DNA from: Strigamia acuminata
Taxonomy: Eukaryota
Direction of reading: 5' to 3'
Length of the DNA: 64,000 nucleotides
NCBI GenBank assembly: GCA_949358305.1
Contig: OX442314.1
Span: 1,426,001 to 1,490,000, forward strand
Below the pieces are notes generated by a model. That model was not told where the DNA came from, did no database searches, and saw nothing but the letters and a program-made list of their open reading frames with translations. Both the position numbers and the translations under genes were made by a program. Each line of letters starts with the position of its first letter. The first letter of the stretch is position 1. Positions 1 through 11,800 of this stretch are shown here, one piece after another.

Positions 1-19
1 ACGCATTCGGGAATATTTA

Positions 20-1720
20 TTGAATGACAAGGTTGTTGGGATACCACAATCTGAAATAAAAGAATGGAAAAACAAAGTCAAGAACTATTGTTTGGACAAA
101 AAAGAAGTTGATGGTGATCAAATGATCATCTATTTTAACCCTTCGTTCGAAGAGGAATTAAACGATTCGGGAAACGGCTTTAAAGCCGTTGTACCCAGTT
201 CACTCGTAAAACGAGTACTCTTCGCTTGTCATGGCCACCCCCTAAGCGGTCACGCTGGGATGAGTAAGACGCTTGAAAAAACGCGTTTAATATATTTCTG
301 GCCTGGTATGAGTAGAAGTGTCAGGAACTACGTCAAAAGCTGCACGCACTGTGCTCAGTACAAGCCTATTCAACAGAAAAGGCACGCAGCTCCTTACACA
401 CCACACAACATGACCAATCCTTGGGAATGTATTAACATGGACTTGATGGGCCCGAAACCCGCGGGAAGGTCCCAAAACCAGTATATTTTTGTCATTATTG
501 ACAATTGTACCAAGTTCGTTGAAATAAAGGCTTTGACCAAAGCCACGAGCGCTAACTGCGTTCAAGAATTAAGATCTGTTACAAACAGATGGGGACACCC
601 CAAAAAGATTGTGAGCGATAACGGAAAACAATTTGTTTCCGATATTTACAATGAGTATTGCGAAATGTACAACATTCGCCCGTCCCATACAAGCACGTAT
701 CATGCCCGGGCGAACCCGACAGAGCGAGCCAATAGAGATATAAAGACGATGCTGGCTTTGTACACAGATGTGCACACGCAATGGCCACGATATTTAGACG
801 AATTCGCGTTCGCGATGAGAAATAATGTCTCAGCGGCAACGGGCTCAAGCCCGATGCTACTTAACACGGGGAGAATCGTAACATTACCCTTCGACCCAAG
901 GATTATCAAACATGCCAATCCATTTGACAAAGAAAATCCAGAGAAATATGTCAGAGTACTATTGGATGTATTGCGCAGATCGCATCAAGAGATGCATCGC
1001 AGAATTCAATTGAATTTTGAACGGCATAGAAAAATACACGAACAAAAGTTCGTAATTACGGAGTTCGAAGTTGGAGATTTAGTTTGGAAACAAACTCACA
1101 TTCTCTCGTGCGCAGATAAAAATATTTCTGCTGGTTTCGCGGAGAAGAGAGATGGTCCGTGGGAAATTACTAAAGTACTTCCAGGCGGAGCGTATAAATT
1201 ACGCAAATTATCTGATGGTTCGATTGAAAAATCAGTAAATATTAAAGCGTTGTATCCCTATACTCCGTCGTACCCGATTGAGACTTGGAAAATAGGACAA
1301 AAGTCCGCCTCTTACTCGCCTCAAGAAAATCCTAAATGGATGGACGAAAGTAATCAACTTCCGGATGCTGAAGAAATGGAATTAATTCCTGAAACTTCTT
1401 CAGAAATTCCAATGGAATTATCCGACTCAACTTCGGTGCAAATTGACAAATCTGCGCCCATTAAGTCTAAACATAGACATAGACAACGATTAACTGCTAT
1501 AGAAAAGAAAGCGGCGTTGAAAAGAGGTGAAACTCCAAAGAAACCACCTCGAAAACCCCGCAAACCCCAACCGGTAGTTCCACGAACTAGCACTCGTCCA
1601 CGACGAGAACGAAAACCAAATCCTAAATATGCAGATGAAAATTTCGTGCGAAACATCACTGCAGTATTTAAAAAACCATACCAACAACGAGGAAAAGCCT
1701 CAAAGTTCTGTTGGAATTGA
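20..1720 (+). CDS. pol: Ty3/Gypsy pol C-terminal part (integrase), 5'-truncated by the window edge
   Basis: HHCC zinc motif (CHGHPLSGH...CTHC), integrase core (MDLMGP...SDNGKQF...ERANR), GPW/GPY-like motif RDGPWEI, basic tail. Confidence 0.93.
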   Translation: MNDKVVGIPQSEIKEWKNKVKNYCLDKKEVDGDQMIIYFNPSFEEELNDSGNGFKAVVPSSLVKRVLFACHGHPLSGHAGMSKTLEKTRLIYFWPGMSRSVRNYVKSCTHCAQYKPIQQKRHAAPYTPHNMTNPWECINMDLMGPKPAGRSQNQYIFVIIDNCTKFVEIKALTKATSANCVQELRSVTNRWGHPKKIVSDNGKQFVSDIYNEYCEMYNIRPSHTSTYHARANPTERANRDIKTMLALYTDVHTQWPRYLDEFAFAMRNNVSAATGSSPMLLNTGRIVTLPFDPRIIKHANPFDKENPEKYVRVLLDVLRRSHQEMHRRIQLNFERHRKIHEQKFVITEFEVGDLVWKQTHILSCADKNISAGFAEKRDGPWEITKVLPGGAYKLRKLSDGSIEKSVNIKALYPYTPSYPIETWKIGQKSASYSPQENPKWMDESNQLPDAEEMELIPETSSEIPMELSDSTSVQIDKSAPIKSKHRHRQRLTAIEKKAALKRGETPKKPPRKPRKPQPVVPRTSTRPRRERKPNPKYADENFVRNITAVFKKPYQQRGKASKFCWN

Positions 1721-2772
1721 TAAAGTTTTATCCAAAACTTGAAGACTGTAATTATTCACATGTCTGACAGGTGTAGTGATTTATAATCTCAACACCGGGG
1801 GACAAGATATTACGATATTTATGGAAATTTATATTAAAAATATGAATTTGTTGCGATGAATTAAATATTCGGTAGAATATTTTAATTTTTTGGTCGTATT
1901 TACATGTATTTTAACCAAAATACAGAGAATTACTTTGAAAAGTGATAATCTCGCGTAATTACGAAGGTACGAGACTTACGAGGTGTGATTAAACCTCGAA
2001 CCCGACAATTAATAGGGAATAAAATTCCCAGGGTTCATTGCACACAAACACTTCGTTAAACACACGGATACTAGTGACTTCGTCCCTTCAACCGTCTTCG
2101 CTTTTCGACTTGAGAATTTCGACGCTAATTCATTTAGCCGACTTCAAACCCGGAAAACTAGCTTCTAATTGTAAGTAGTTTTCGTTAATATTCTTTGACT
2201 AAAGAATTAGAAAATTGTTCGCAACAATTGAAAATATCGGCGTCCCGATAAAAGTTATAAATTCACGTGCTGTTATAAGCGTGAATCGGCATTAAATCAC
2301 TCTGGAAGTTTAGCTATTCAGTCGAATAGTTGGGTTAAATTTAATAATTATTTATTGAGTTTAAGTACGTGGGCACTAATTATTTAAATCAAGTCGCGGT
2401 CGAGGCTTGCATAAATTATTTAGCGGTGAATTTTCGATTTGAGATATTTATTAGACTAAGTGTTAATTAATTAATACGAAAGTTATCTTTGATATTCGAA
2501 AAGTTGGATTAAATAGTTTAAAGAAACTAAAAGGATTTTTCTTTTGAAAAATCAACAAGTTGCGATTTTTCGATGAAAATCTTTGCCGGCGAGTCCATTC
2601 TCGTGTCATAAACACAAGGGGAATGTGACTCATTAGTGTCACGTGTTAAGGGTTATAAATAACTCGAGTTGTGTATTTTCGTTGCGAACAATACGTTTTA
2701 ATTCTTTGGACTCAAGGAATGACTATTTAGTGTGGAATTATTTTTAATAAAATAATTTATTTGCGTCTGCAG

Positions 2773-4290
2773 ATGGGAAGTGGAAAACACTGTTCAAAAC
2801 GGAGTCATCGACGACACCGTCATGAAAGCTCCAGCTCGTCCACCTCGTCTAGTGACGAGCAACGTCGTTCGGCCGAGCGCGCTTATATGAGGGCCCAACC
2901 GATACCGACGGCGCCCGCCTCGATGTACGCCCTGACGCCGTTGCAACTCGCAACGCTAAACTGGCTGAGCGTCCATCCGGACGGACTTCCGCTCGACTTA
3001 AATGCAATGATGCAGGCCCCATCCACGTCTGCACAGCCAACCGTTTACGAGTCGGCGCAATTGACCCCGCTGGCCCAGGTGGCGTATCCGCCCGCGAACG
3101 TTATCAACGTCCCGTTGGCCCCGCATTCACCCGAATTTCGGCCGCCAACTGCAAGCGTGGCGTCCACCGTCGCCAACACGTCGAATGCGGCTGCACCGAC
3201 TGTGACGGGACAATCATCGTCTGCTATGCATCTTCCTGCTGGTGCTGAGTCTTCTGCGTCAGAATACGGATGGAATGAGCCGCCGCCGGGCGCTTTGCGC
3301 TATTCGGAGCCTGTTTCTCGCAACCGCGAGTACCGAGCGGCCAACAAAGCCAGAAAGAAGGACGAGAAGGCCCGCCTGCGCAAGGAGCAGTGCGAACGAG
3401 ACATGGCAGCCGGAATACCTCACGATAACATCGTGACGGACCAGGCCACGGAGACGATCTGCCCATTTTGCGTCGGCTGTGGGTGGTGCTGCGGTGCATC
3501 CGCAGGTTCTTCTCTAATGCGTTGTCCAAACTGCCGTGGAAGGAAAACGCGACCGCGTTCGGAGCCGTGGCGCAAGGAGGTTCAGCCCCACGTGGTGAAA
3601 GGCATTAAGCCTAACGAGAAGCGATGTTGGGCTCACTGCCCCAAGTGCCGATTGTTTCTAAACAGCCGCGGCGAGGCTGTGTACATCGACCCGCGTTTCC
3701 TCACCTGGACCCGCGCTGAAGCCAACGCTGGTGTAAGAGTCGAACTCTTTCGACAGTCGCCACCGCCATCCGAGGACTCCGAAGTTTCTACTGAAACTGT
3801 CCAAGCTGTCGAAAGCGCCGGAAGCGAGGTACAAGAGGAAATCGTTCGACCAAGAACGATGTCGCGTGGTCGAGGCTGTCTGACGCTCGACCGAGCGAGA
3901 GAAATCGCCAAGGTTCAACGAACCAACATCTTGGCACGAGGGCGAGCTCGTAAGCTTCAACAGGCCGTGGAAGCGTCGTCCAAACCCGTGGAGGATCCTC
4001 CAGTGGCCGAAACCGACGTATCCAGCGCCCCTCCAGCGTCTAAGTCCGAGACTTCGGACGACGCTCAGTTTGAGGACGTCGAAGAGTTGCTTTCCGTCGT
4101 CGATTTCGTGGCGGAGTTGCTCGAGGATCTACCGTTCCCACCTCCGAGCCCAGAGGAAATTGAAGCGTCGGAGGAAGCCGTGTTTTCCGCCGTCTCGACA
4201 GAGGCGACTGAAGAGTCGGATTTTCTGACTTCTGCTGAAGTCGAGAAAAAGGAGGAGAAAGTTTCGACTGACGTCGAAAAGAAGGATTAA
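2773..4290 (+). CDS. Extra ORF of the Gypsy element (~505 aa), Cys-rich putative zinc-binding protein, not env-like
   Basis: Long GC-rich ORF between pol and the 3' LTR. ATG directly follows a CTGCAG acceptor. CxxC clusters (CPFCVGC..CC, CPNC, C..HCPKC), acidic C-terminus, no evident signal peptide or TM segment. Confidence 0.7.
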   Translation: MGSGKHCSKRSHRRHRHESSSSSTSSSDEQRRSAERAYMRAQPIPTAPASMYALTPLQLATLNWLSVHPDGLPLDLNAMMQAPSTSAQPTVYESAQLTPLAQVAYPPANVINVPLAPHSPEFRPPTASVASTVANTSNAAAPTVTGQSSSAMHLPAGAESSASEYGWNEPPPGALRYSEPVSRNREYRAANKARKKDEKARLRKEQCERDMAAGIPHDNIVTDQATETICPFCVGCGWCCGASAGSSLMRCPNCRGRKTRPRSEPWRKEVQPHVVKGIKPNEKRCWAHCPKCRLFLNSRGEAVYIDPRFLTWTRAEANAGVRVELFRQSPPPSEDSEVSTETVQAVESAGSEVQEEIVRPRTMSRGRGCLTLDRAREIAKVQRTNILARGRARKLQQAVEASSKPVEDPPVAETDVSSAPPASKSETSDDAQFEDVEELLSVVDFVAELLEDLPFPPPSPEEIEASEEAVFSAVSTEATEESDFLTSAEVEKKEEKVSTDVEKKD

Positions 4291-5025
4291 AAGGGACAAA
4301 ATTAACATTCGTTATTTTTTCTGAGTGGAAATATTTTTGACTAAAAATATTCCAAGTGTTTTGTTGTGTTTGCGATTTTTCCAGTATTCTCATGAGTAGT
4401 GTGTTCAGTTTTTATTTAAAATTAGAACTAATTATTTAAATATTCTAACGAATATAGTTGATTAAAAATTGGATTCAATTTAATTGTTCTTTCCGAATTC
4501 AATTTGATTTTGTTTGAACTAATCATATTAATATATGTTTGTTTGATTTATTTACAAATTTCATAATTATTTGTGGAAATTTTGTGTTTATTTTGCTTTG
4601 TTCAAAGTGTTGAAGAATTTCAAGTTGAAATTCGTTAATTTTTTATGACAATCGTAATAAAAAATTAGTAGTTTAGATTTTCGATAAATAAAGTTTTGCA
4701 TAAATTTATTTTTATCTTGTTGATTAATAAGCTATAAAGAAGTTTATTTGATGGAGAAAATAAAATTTCTATCGAAATTAGTTTTCTCGAACATGTATCC
4801 ATGTTCGGACGAGTTCATTTCCGTCGCTTAGCAACCGGGAGTTGCGCAGTACAGGGAAGCCGATTAGTCTAATCGGGTGACGAAGTTTCTGAAAGAAATA
4901 ACGTGATTAAGTTTAATAAAATACTTACCCAGTGGATTAATTCGATAGAATTGGGTGAACATTTCTTATACATTAAGAATGACAATTGAAGAGTTAGTAA
5001 ACTCTACGCTTGTCACCGGGGGATG

Positions 5026-6782
5026 TGTGATGATTACAAATCCGTATTTATCAATGTTCACAATAGATGGCGCTGTTTACCAAACGCGCGTAATTCAAAC
5101 TCGATAAAACTAAAAAAGGTGTGATAAATAATTATTTAGACACGGTGAATAAAAATATAACTATTTTATTCGACATAAATTAAGTATTATTTACTTGACA
5201 AGTTGATTCTATCGAATCAATATCCACGCTACTTACCTGTCGAAGGGAACCAACTGGACCCTTCCGGACCCCAACTGGGCCCATCTGGACATAGTCATAT
5301 ATTAGGTCCGGACTAGTGACCCACGAATCCGCCGATTCGTACGCTGATTGGCTGTCGCCAATTTAGTAGTTCTACAGAACTATATAAGCTCCAGTTTCTC
5401 ACCCACTAACCCCCCTGGCTTGATAACTGAACTTGTATATTGTCTGTAGTTGAATTGTTATCGTTTGATTTCATTATTCTCTATCGACACATCAGGCCAC
5501 CTCAGCTCTCCACAGTTAGTATTCATTACTATTTGTTATTGCTGTTGTAGGGCTATTTCGGGAAGGCTAACTCCGGTAATAGACATGCATTCGCATGAAA
5601 TGGCCCCGTAACGTTAGCCAGCTGTTCTACGGGACAGTAGGACTTCGTACGGTGGCTTAATATAACGGTCGTATACAGTACGACCTTGCTAAATGAAAGT
5701 AGGTCCCTCAGCTAACTGGCCACAGTCCGCTGCAGGATGGTTGTTGTAAACAGCCCACGCAGGTTCCCGTCTTTCTACGATTGGTCCTTCCGCTCGTTAA
5801 AAGTCGGTAAAGGCCTAATACACAGGTAACACGCCGGGTTGGTAGCCCGTGAGTAATATCTAAAGATGTTGCGATAAATAACTACCTGGATAATGGTAAT
5901 CCAACGGCAGTGGCCGATTAATATTTTACCCGGTGCTCGATCTGCTGATCCCGTCATCGTAAGGCATGCTGGCGGATGGAGGAGTCAAATCCTCCCGCGA
6001 TGGTTCTCCCGACCGTCGTGACGGTCCCCGCCCCATCGTACCCTCCGGGTTAGTAACCCGTGAACAGGAGTTGAACAACACTGTGCTAAACAAATTACTC
6101 GGGCATTGGTAATCCTGTATTGGCAATATCTTTTAAACCCGGTAAGTCCATAGAAATGTTTACCTGGTGGTTGGTACCACCGATAGCGAACTAAAGCGTA
6201 CAATTAAATACTCGGCGCCTGATCACGAGATCTTGTCGTCGTAAGGCATGCTGGCGGATGGAGTCTCAACAACTCCCGCGACGTTCTCTCAATTGTCGTG
6301 ACGGTCCCCGCCCAATTAATATTTATATAACAATTCATTTGTTGTATTATTTTAATCACTTGACTTTTATTCATTTGAAACAATGGAATATTCTGCCGAA
6401 TATTCCTGTTTATGCGTAGGACTCTTCGCATATTTAGATAAACGATGCTGCGGACCAAATACGTCTCCGTAGCGATATTTGTGACGATGCCGCAAGTCAG
6501 CCGTATCCCTCTGGCTTCGCCCGGATCCTCAACCAGTTGATGCCGCCGTTTACACGCGTCAAGAACCCACCATTTTGTTATTGTTATCATTCAGTAATAA
6601 ATATGTTATGTCACACTAAAAACTGTAAGTTATTTCTGCTCAGCCATGAATTCCTATTTTTACACAGACTTCTGTAAGCTTATCTCGGTTAGGTTGTTGC
6701 TACTCCTAGCAACGTCTTGTTTAAACCGATTGTTTACTTATTTTAAATGGCTATTAAATCAGCCAAAAGTAGAATCGTCACA
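5026..6782 (+). mobile_element. 3' LTR (~1757 bp) of the Gypsy element
   Basis: Preceded by a PPT-like CCGGGGGA. Inverted termini TGTGATGATT...AATCGTCACA. TATATAA near 5382, AATAAA near 6595, internal direct repeat (TCGTAAGGCATGCTGGCGGATGGAG at ~5957 and ~6238). Confidence 0.8.
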
Positions 6783-7970
6783 GAGTAAATAATTTCGACT
6801 ATGGTTATTATTTGGGCTGATTTATTTACACTTGAATTTACACTGAAATTTGCACAGAAATTTATTTTTACATTCGAAAAGTGGGTCGTTTAACTTGACA
6901 TTTACACTATCAGTTGCACTGGTCGTTTAGTGCAAATTACTTTTCGAATGCGCCTAGTGAGCTGAAAAAAATAATCGGACACCCGACTTGTGTGACGTGC
7001 TTGTCACTAAATACTTTTCTAATGCCCAAAAAGGGTCGTAAGCCTTATAGAAACTGCCTATCTTCAGAATCAGGTAGAACTGGCCTAGAGCTTCTTATTA
7101 AAACCTTTGGTTTTTAGAAAATCATGAATTTAACCTCAGAAATTGGACTACTGGTAAATATCAACCCCCAGAGAAAAATGTACGAAAAAATTAACCGGAC
7201 AATATCATTTTCCATCCCAAAAAATTGATTTCACAAAATTAACACGTTGTTGAGCCTTTTTTGCCTTGATAACATCTTGGTTATCAGATTTAGTTGTTTA
7301 GCTATTTTATTTTTGAACTAAATCAGTGTAAAATAATGTGTGAATTATGTTGGTACAGTAAGCAAATAATCGCCTTATGGCAAATAGCTACAGATTCTGT
7401 TAAATAGTATCACAATAAATATCTGATTTCGTGGAGTCTTCAATATATTACAGATTATGACTTTTATTGATTTATTGATGTTGGAAATGGAAGTTGAACA
7501 TGCTAATTAATGGACATTTTCGATTATCATTGATTGACATCCAAGAAGTCTACCTTGAGAATGTCATTATCATTTATTGGTCTAATTTTTCTACATTATG
7601 CAAATTTCAAAGTTGTACATATCAAGAAATGCTTTAGTACTTTTAAACATATGTTAACATTTGGTGTTAATGATTAAAACTGCTACAACAAAATTGTTAT
7701 TTTAAGTAGTTTAAGGATTAAGAACAAATCTTTTGTGAAATTATTTCATTACATTAATTTATTTAGAGTTAAGTATTCAGTTACATCATTTATTTGTGTA
7801 ATTTTTTAGTGGTGTTTGAAGTTGAAGTTACAAATTATGCCGCAATTTATGCATAGTAGCTGCATTCGAAAAGTGTGTTTATGATTGTAGTTAAACACGT
7901 TTTGTTGTGTGTGTGCGCGTGTTTAACCTCGATGTTGATCGCTGAGATGTTGGCTCAAAGATGTCTAGAT

Positions 7971-8285
7971 CAGCGGACCGCAGTCTGGATACGGACCGCG
8001 GAAGGTCGAAACTTGGACCGCAGTGACGTTTTAGCGACGTTTTTCCGTTGGTTTCATTGGTTTTTCGGTGTTTTTTTCTTGTTTTTTCTGTTTTTTTCAT
8101 GTTTTTTAGGTTTTATTGGTATTTATTGAGTTGTGTGTGTGTTTATTGGGGGGTTCATTTGGTTTTTAGTGTTTTTTTCCATTTTCTTAGGTTTTTAGTA
8201 AGGTTTTGAAGTGTTTTTTTTCTGGACCTCGATAAAAATTTTCAATAGTATCCGGACCCCACTTAAAATTACTTGCCGACCCCTG
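7971..8285. mobile_element. hAT-type MITE
   Basis: CAG...CTG termini flanked by the 8-bp TSD GTCTAGAT. Confidence 0.75.
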
Positions 8286-8802
8286 GTCTAGATTTAGCTT
8301 GACAGTAATGAAAGTTTGTCGTTGCTCTGTATTGCATCGTAAACTATCTTTTTGACAGGTTGATCTTTACATAGGTAACATTTTTATCAATATTGCTTTC
8401 TGCAAAATTAAGTACGGTACTCATATTATTTTTTTGACGGATGTTAGTTTCTTTGTCGGTAAAAGAAGACAAATAAAACATTTTACAGAATTAAGAAACA
8501 TCGAGGATATAAATAGTTTAATCAGGAAACTTTATTTTGCTATTTACGGTAATTAATGTTTTTAGTTTTTATTATCGAGCAGATAAAGAGACTATGAAGT
8601 GACTCGTGAATTGATTATAACTTAGCGAATGGTGTGAGAAACATGATTTCATAATATTTAAAAAAAAAATAATTTTTCTTTTTCTGTATTATCTTTTGTA
8701 ATTTGTATTTTTACTGTTTGAAAGCTTGGCAGGTGGTGTTCCTTCAGTTCTTCGAAATTTATTTCTTCGAAAATTCCGAAAAATGATTCATTTCTTCGAC
8801 AC

Positions 8803-11800
8803 TCAGTACTTCAAAACCGAATTCTTAGCTTTAAATGAAATGTAATACAAGTAGATATCTTGTAATAGTTGTGGGATGGCAAGAATAGAAAGACCAATCA
8901 TTAGTGCAAAAGCGTTTCCAATATCGCAGAACAGTGCAGTGATAGCATAGGAACGAATTTCAGTGTAATTTTCTATTATATTATTCATGGGAGCTATGCC
9001 GAGAAAGTTGATAGGAATAGTTTCATTATGTTGGTACGTAACAGTGATTTCGTAAACTTGTTCTTCGCACGGTGGATGACAATCACAATCTTTCTTTAAA
9101 TCAGTTTGCAGAGATATCTTTACAAATGATGACATTGAAGTTTTAGCATCTTCAGCATTGGCGCATGGGGTCAAGGTGGTCTCGTCCATGAATGGCAGTC
9201 TAACAGAAAAAACCAAAGTTCTAGGAGTTATCTTGAAATTTACTGTTATGTATGAATTATGATGTAATTTTTACGTTCATTTTCAAGCTAAAATACATGA
9301 TTTTCGATGTTAGCTGAAAAATCGATGTTTTTTGTCTGAAAATCAACGTTTTAGCCCAATAACAGAGCTTTTAGGCCAAAAATCGACATTTTCTTCTAAA
9401 TAACGTCGCGCGATGATTATTGGTCTATAAAAAGTTTATTTTCGGGCTAAAAACATGGTTTGAGGCTACAAGCATCGATTGTCGGGCTAAAACCATCTGT
9501 TTTTGAGCTAAAAGATCTAAAGTAACCTAGCGGTCGCATCACAGCCGCTTGATGGCGCCACCCTTGTGTACTACGTGAAACGATTGCCATGAGAACAACG
9601 GGAAATGGGGAGAGTGCCGCCTCTTATACTATTAAATGGCTTTCAGCCAATGGGAATGCTGTGTGTCACATTAGCCAATAGAAGGATTGCCACACTTGCA
9701 TTGAAACAGGCTTTAGTAACTTTGAAGGCCCTGATATCAGTAACTGTAGCTTGTACTCTTTTTAACGAATCGCAAGGGAGTGGAAAAATCGATTCGTTAT
9801 AACGAGAATTCGTTAAAACGAATTAGCTGAAAAAAATAAAATTTCATCATGAACAACATTATTTATTCAAAATATCATGTTAATTTTATCCCAATTCTTA
9901 AAAATTGTTGAAATTGTAAAACGGGTCAAATTAAACTCAACTGCTACAATTGATAGCTTCTTGCCATTGTCAATGGCATTAAAAATGTTCAACTTGTTCT
10001 GAATAAAAATTTCCTTTCGTATGGCAGCCATTTTAAAACAGAAAATTTTTCATTTTTTTAAAATGTGTTCCTAACATGGGCATAGGATGTTGTGAGTTAC
10101 CTATGTGATCAGTTTTGAAAATTCGTTATAACAAGGGCTTGTGGGTATTACAGTGTATGTGAAAACTTGTTTCTTACAACGAATAATTGGTAATATTGAA
10201 ATTTGTTATAACGAATAATTCGTTATATTGAAATTTGTTATAACAAATAATTGGTTATATTGAAATTCGTTATATTGAAATTTGTTATAACGAATAATTC
10301 GTTATATTGAAATTCGTTACCGGTATAACGAAAATATTTAACATGGTGTTCTATGGCTGGCCAACCAAGTCATTCTTAACAATTCGTTCTTTCGATAATT
10401 TGTTATATCGTGATTCATTATGAAGAGTTTTGACTGTACTACTAAGGTATGCAGTGTTGTATCGAACTAGAACTAATAGTTCGCGTTCGCGAACTTAGTT
10501 CGTAGTTCGCGAACTAAGAACTGTGGTGATTCCGAATCACCTGAAGATAAATTGATAAGATTTATCGTGTTGATGAATCCGACCGCCAGGAGCGCTACTA
10601 GAAATAGACTAGATTGACTAGTCTCGCATTTCTGCGGATCTGAATAATCAGAATAATTTATATATGACGTCACTTCCGGTCAGTATATAAGACCGAGGCT
10701 TGACCGGAAATGACACTACAGTTACCAATCTCAGCAAGAGCACCATTTTCCTCACCTTTCAGGCCGTTTCATCGGATTGATCGAGGACCGGTGCCCGCTG
10801 ATAAAATCAACTGTAAGCAACAAGCCGCATTTATTTAACGTGGCCAATCCACGTTAGAATAAATATCCGAATCTATCGTTTAATTCGCACGAAGCGAATT
10901 CCCGCGTGTTTGTTCGAAAACACGTGTCAACCGAACATAATTTCGGGACTAATCCACGATCGATACGAATCGCCAATCGATCGCCGAAGAAAATCACGTA
11001 CGCCACGTGTTCCGCAAGACGTATTCCACACGAAACGGATCTCGTTTAGTTTGGGCTCACCGAACGCATTGGCGAAAGAATTCTGCGCACCACGCGTACG
11101 GAACAAGACGGATTCAGTTTGGATTCAACCTAACACTTTGGCGGTAATTAACACGCGCGCCACGCGTCCCAAACGAAGTAGGCCTCGTTTGATTTCACAT
11201 CCAAACTGCTAAGCGAATTGAGACTGACTCGATTCGCGAAGTGTAAAAAATATAACCCTAGACAACAACAGAAGCCACGTGTAAGTCTAAACAATTGAGG
11301 GCTAATTGTTTAGCAACAACTCGTATTCGCAACAGGATCCGAGACCATCAATCATACATTTATCTGACTGTATTAATTATTCCTAAGTTAATAATAAAGT
11401 GTATTGCTTGTCCCGACAAAGTATTTGTATTTCTTAACCACAAAGTCGAATCACGACAGAACGCGAACTAGTTCACCTTTTTTAAAGAACTTAAAAAACT
11501 AACAAAGTTCGTTTTTTTTACGCGAACTACGTTCTAGTTCGTTAACTAGTTCGTTCTTCCGACGTTATATGTCACGGCCAATCACAGACGATGATTCCAT
11601 TCGTTTTTAGTTTTAAACAAGTCGAATCATTGAAAAGTGTTCGTTTCTTTCATTTGACTTGCCGGGAAGTCGACTGTTAAGTATCGGCGGTGCTTTTGCG
11701 CGTGTCGCTTGTTGCGACCGTGCGGCTTGCCGAAGAAAACTTGTCATTGTTCCGGGTAAGAAATGGTGTTTCCGTTCGATTTTTCAGGTACTAGAATGAT

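Noticed and set aside
2761..4290. Retroviral-type env gene
   Set aside because: No signal peptide and no hydrophobic TM anchor.
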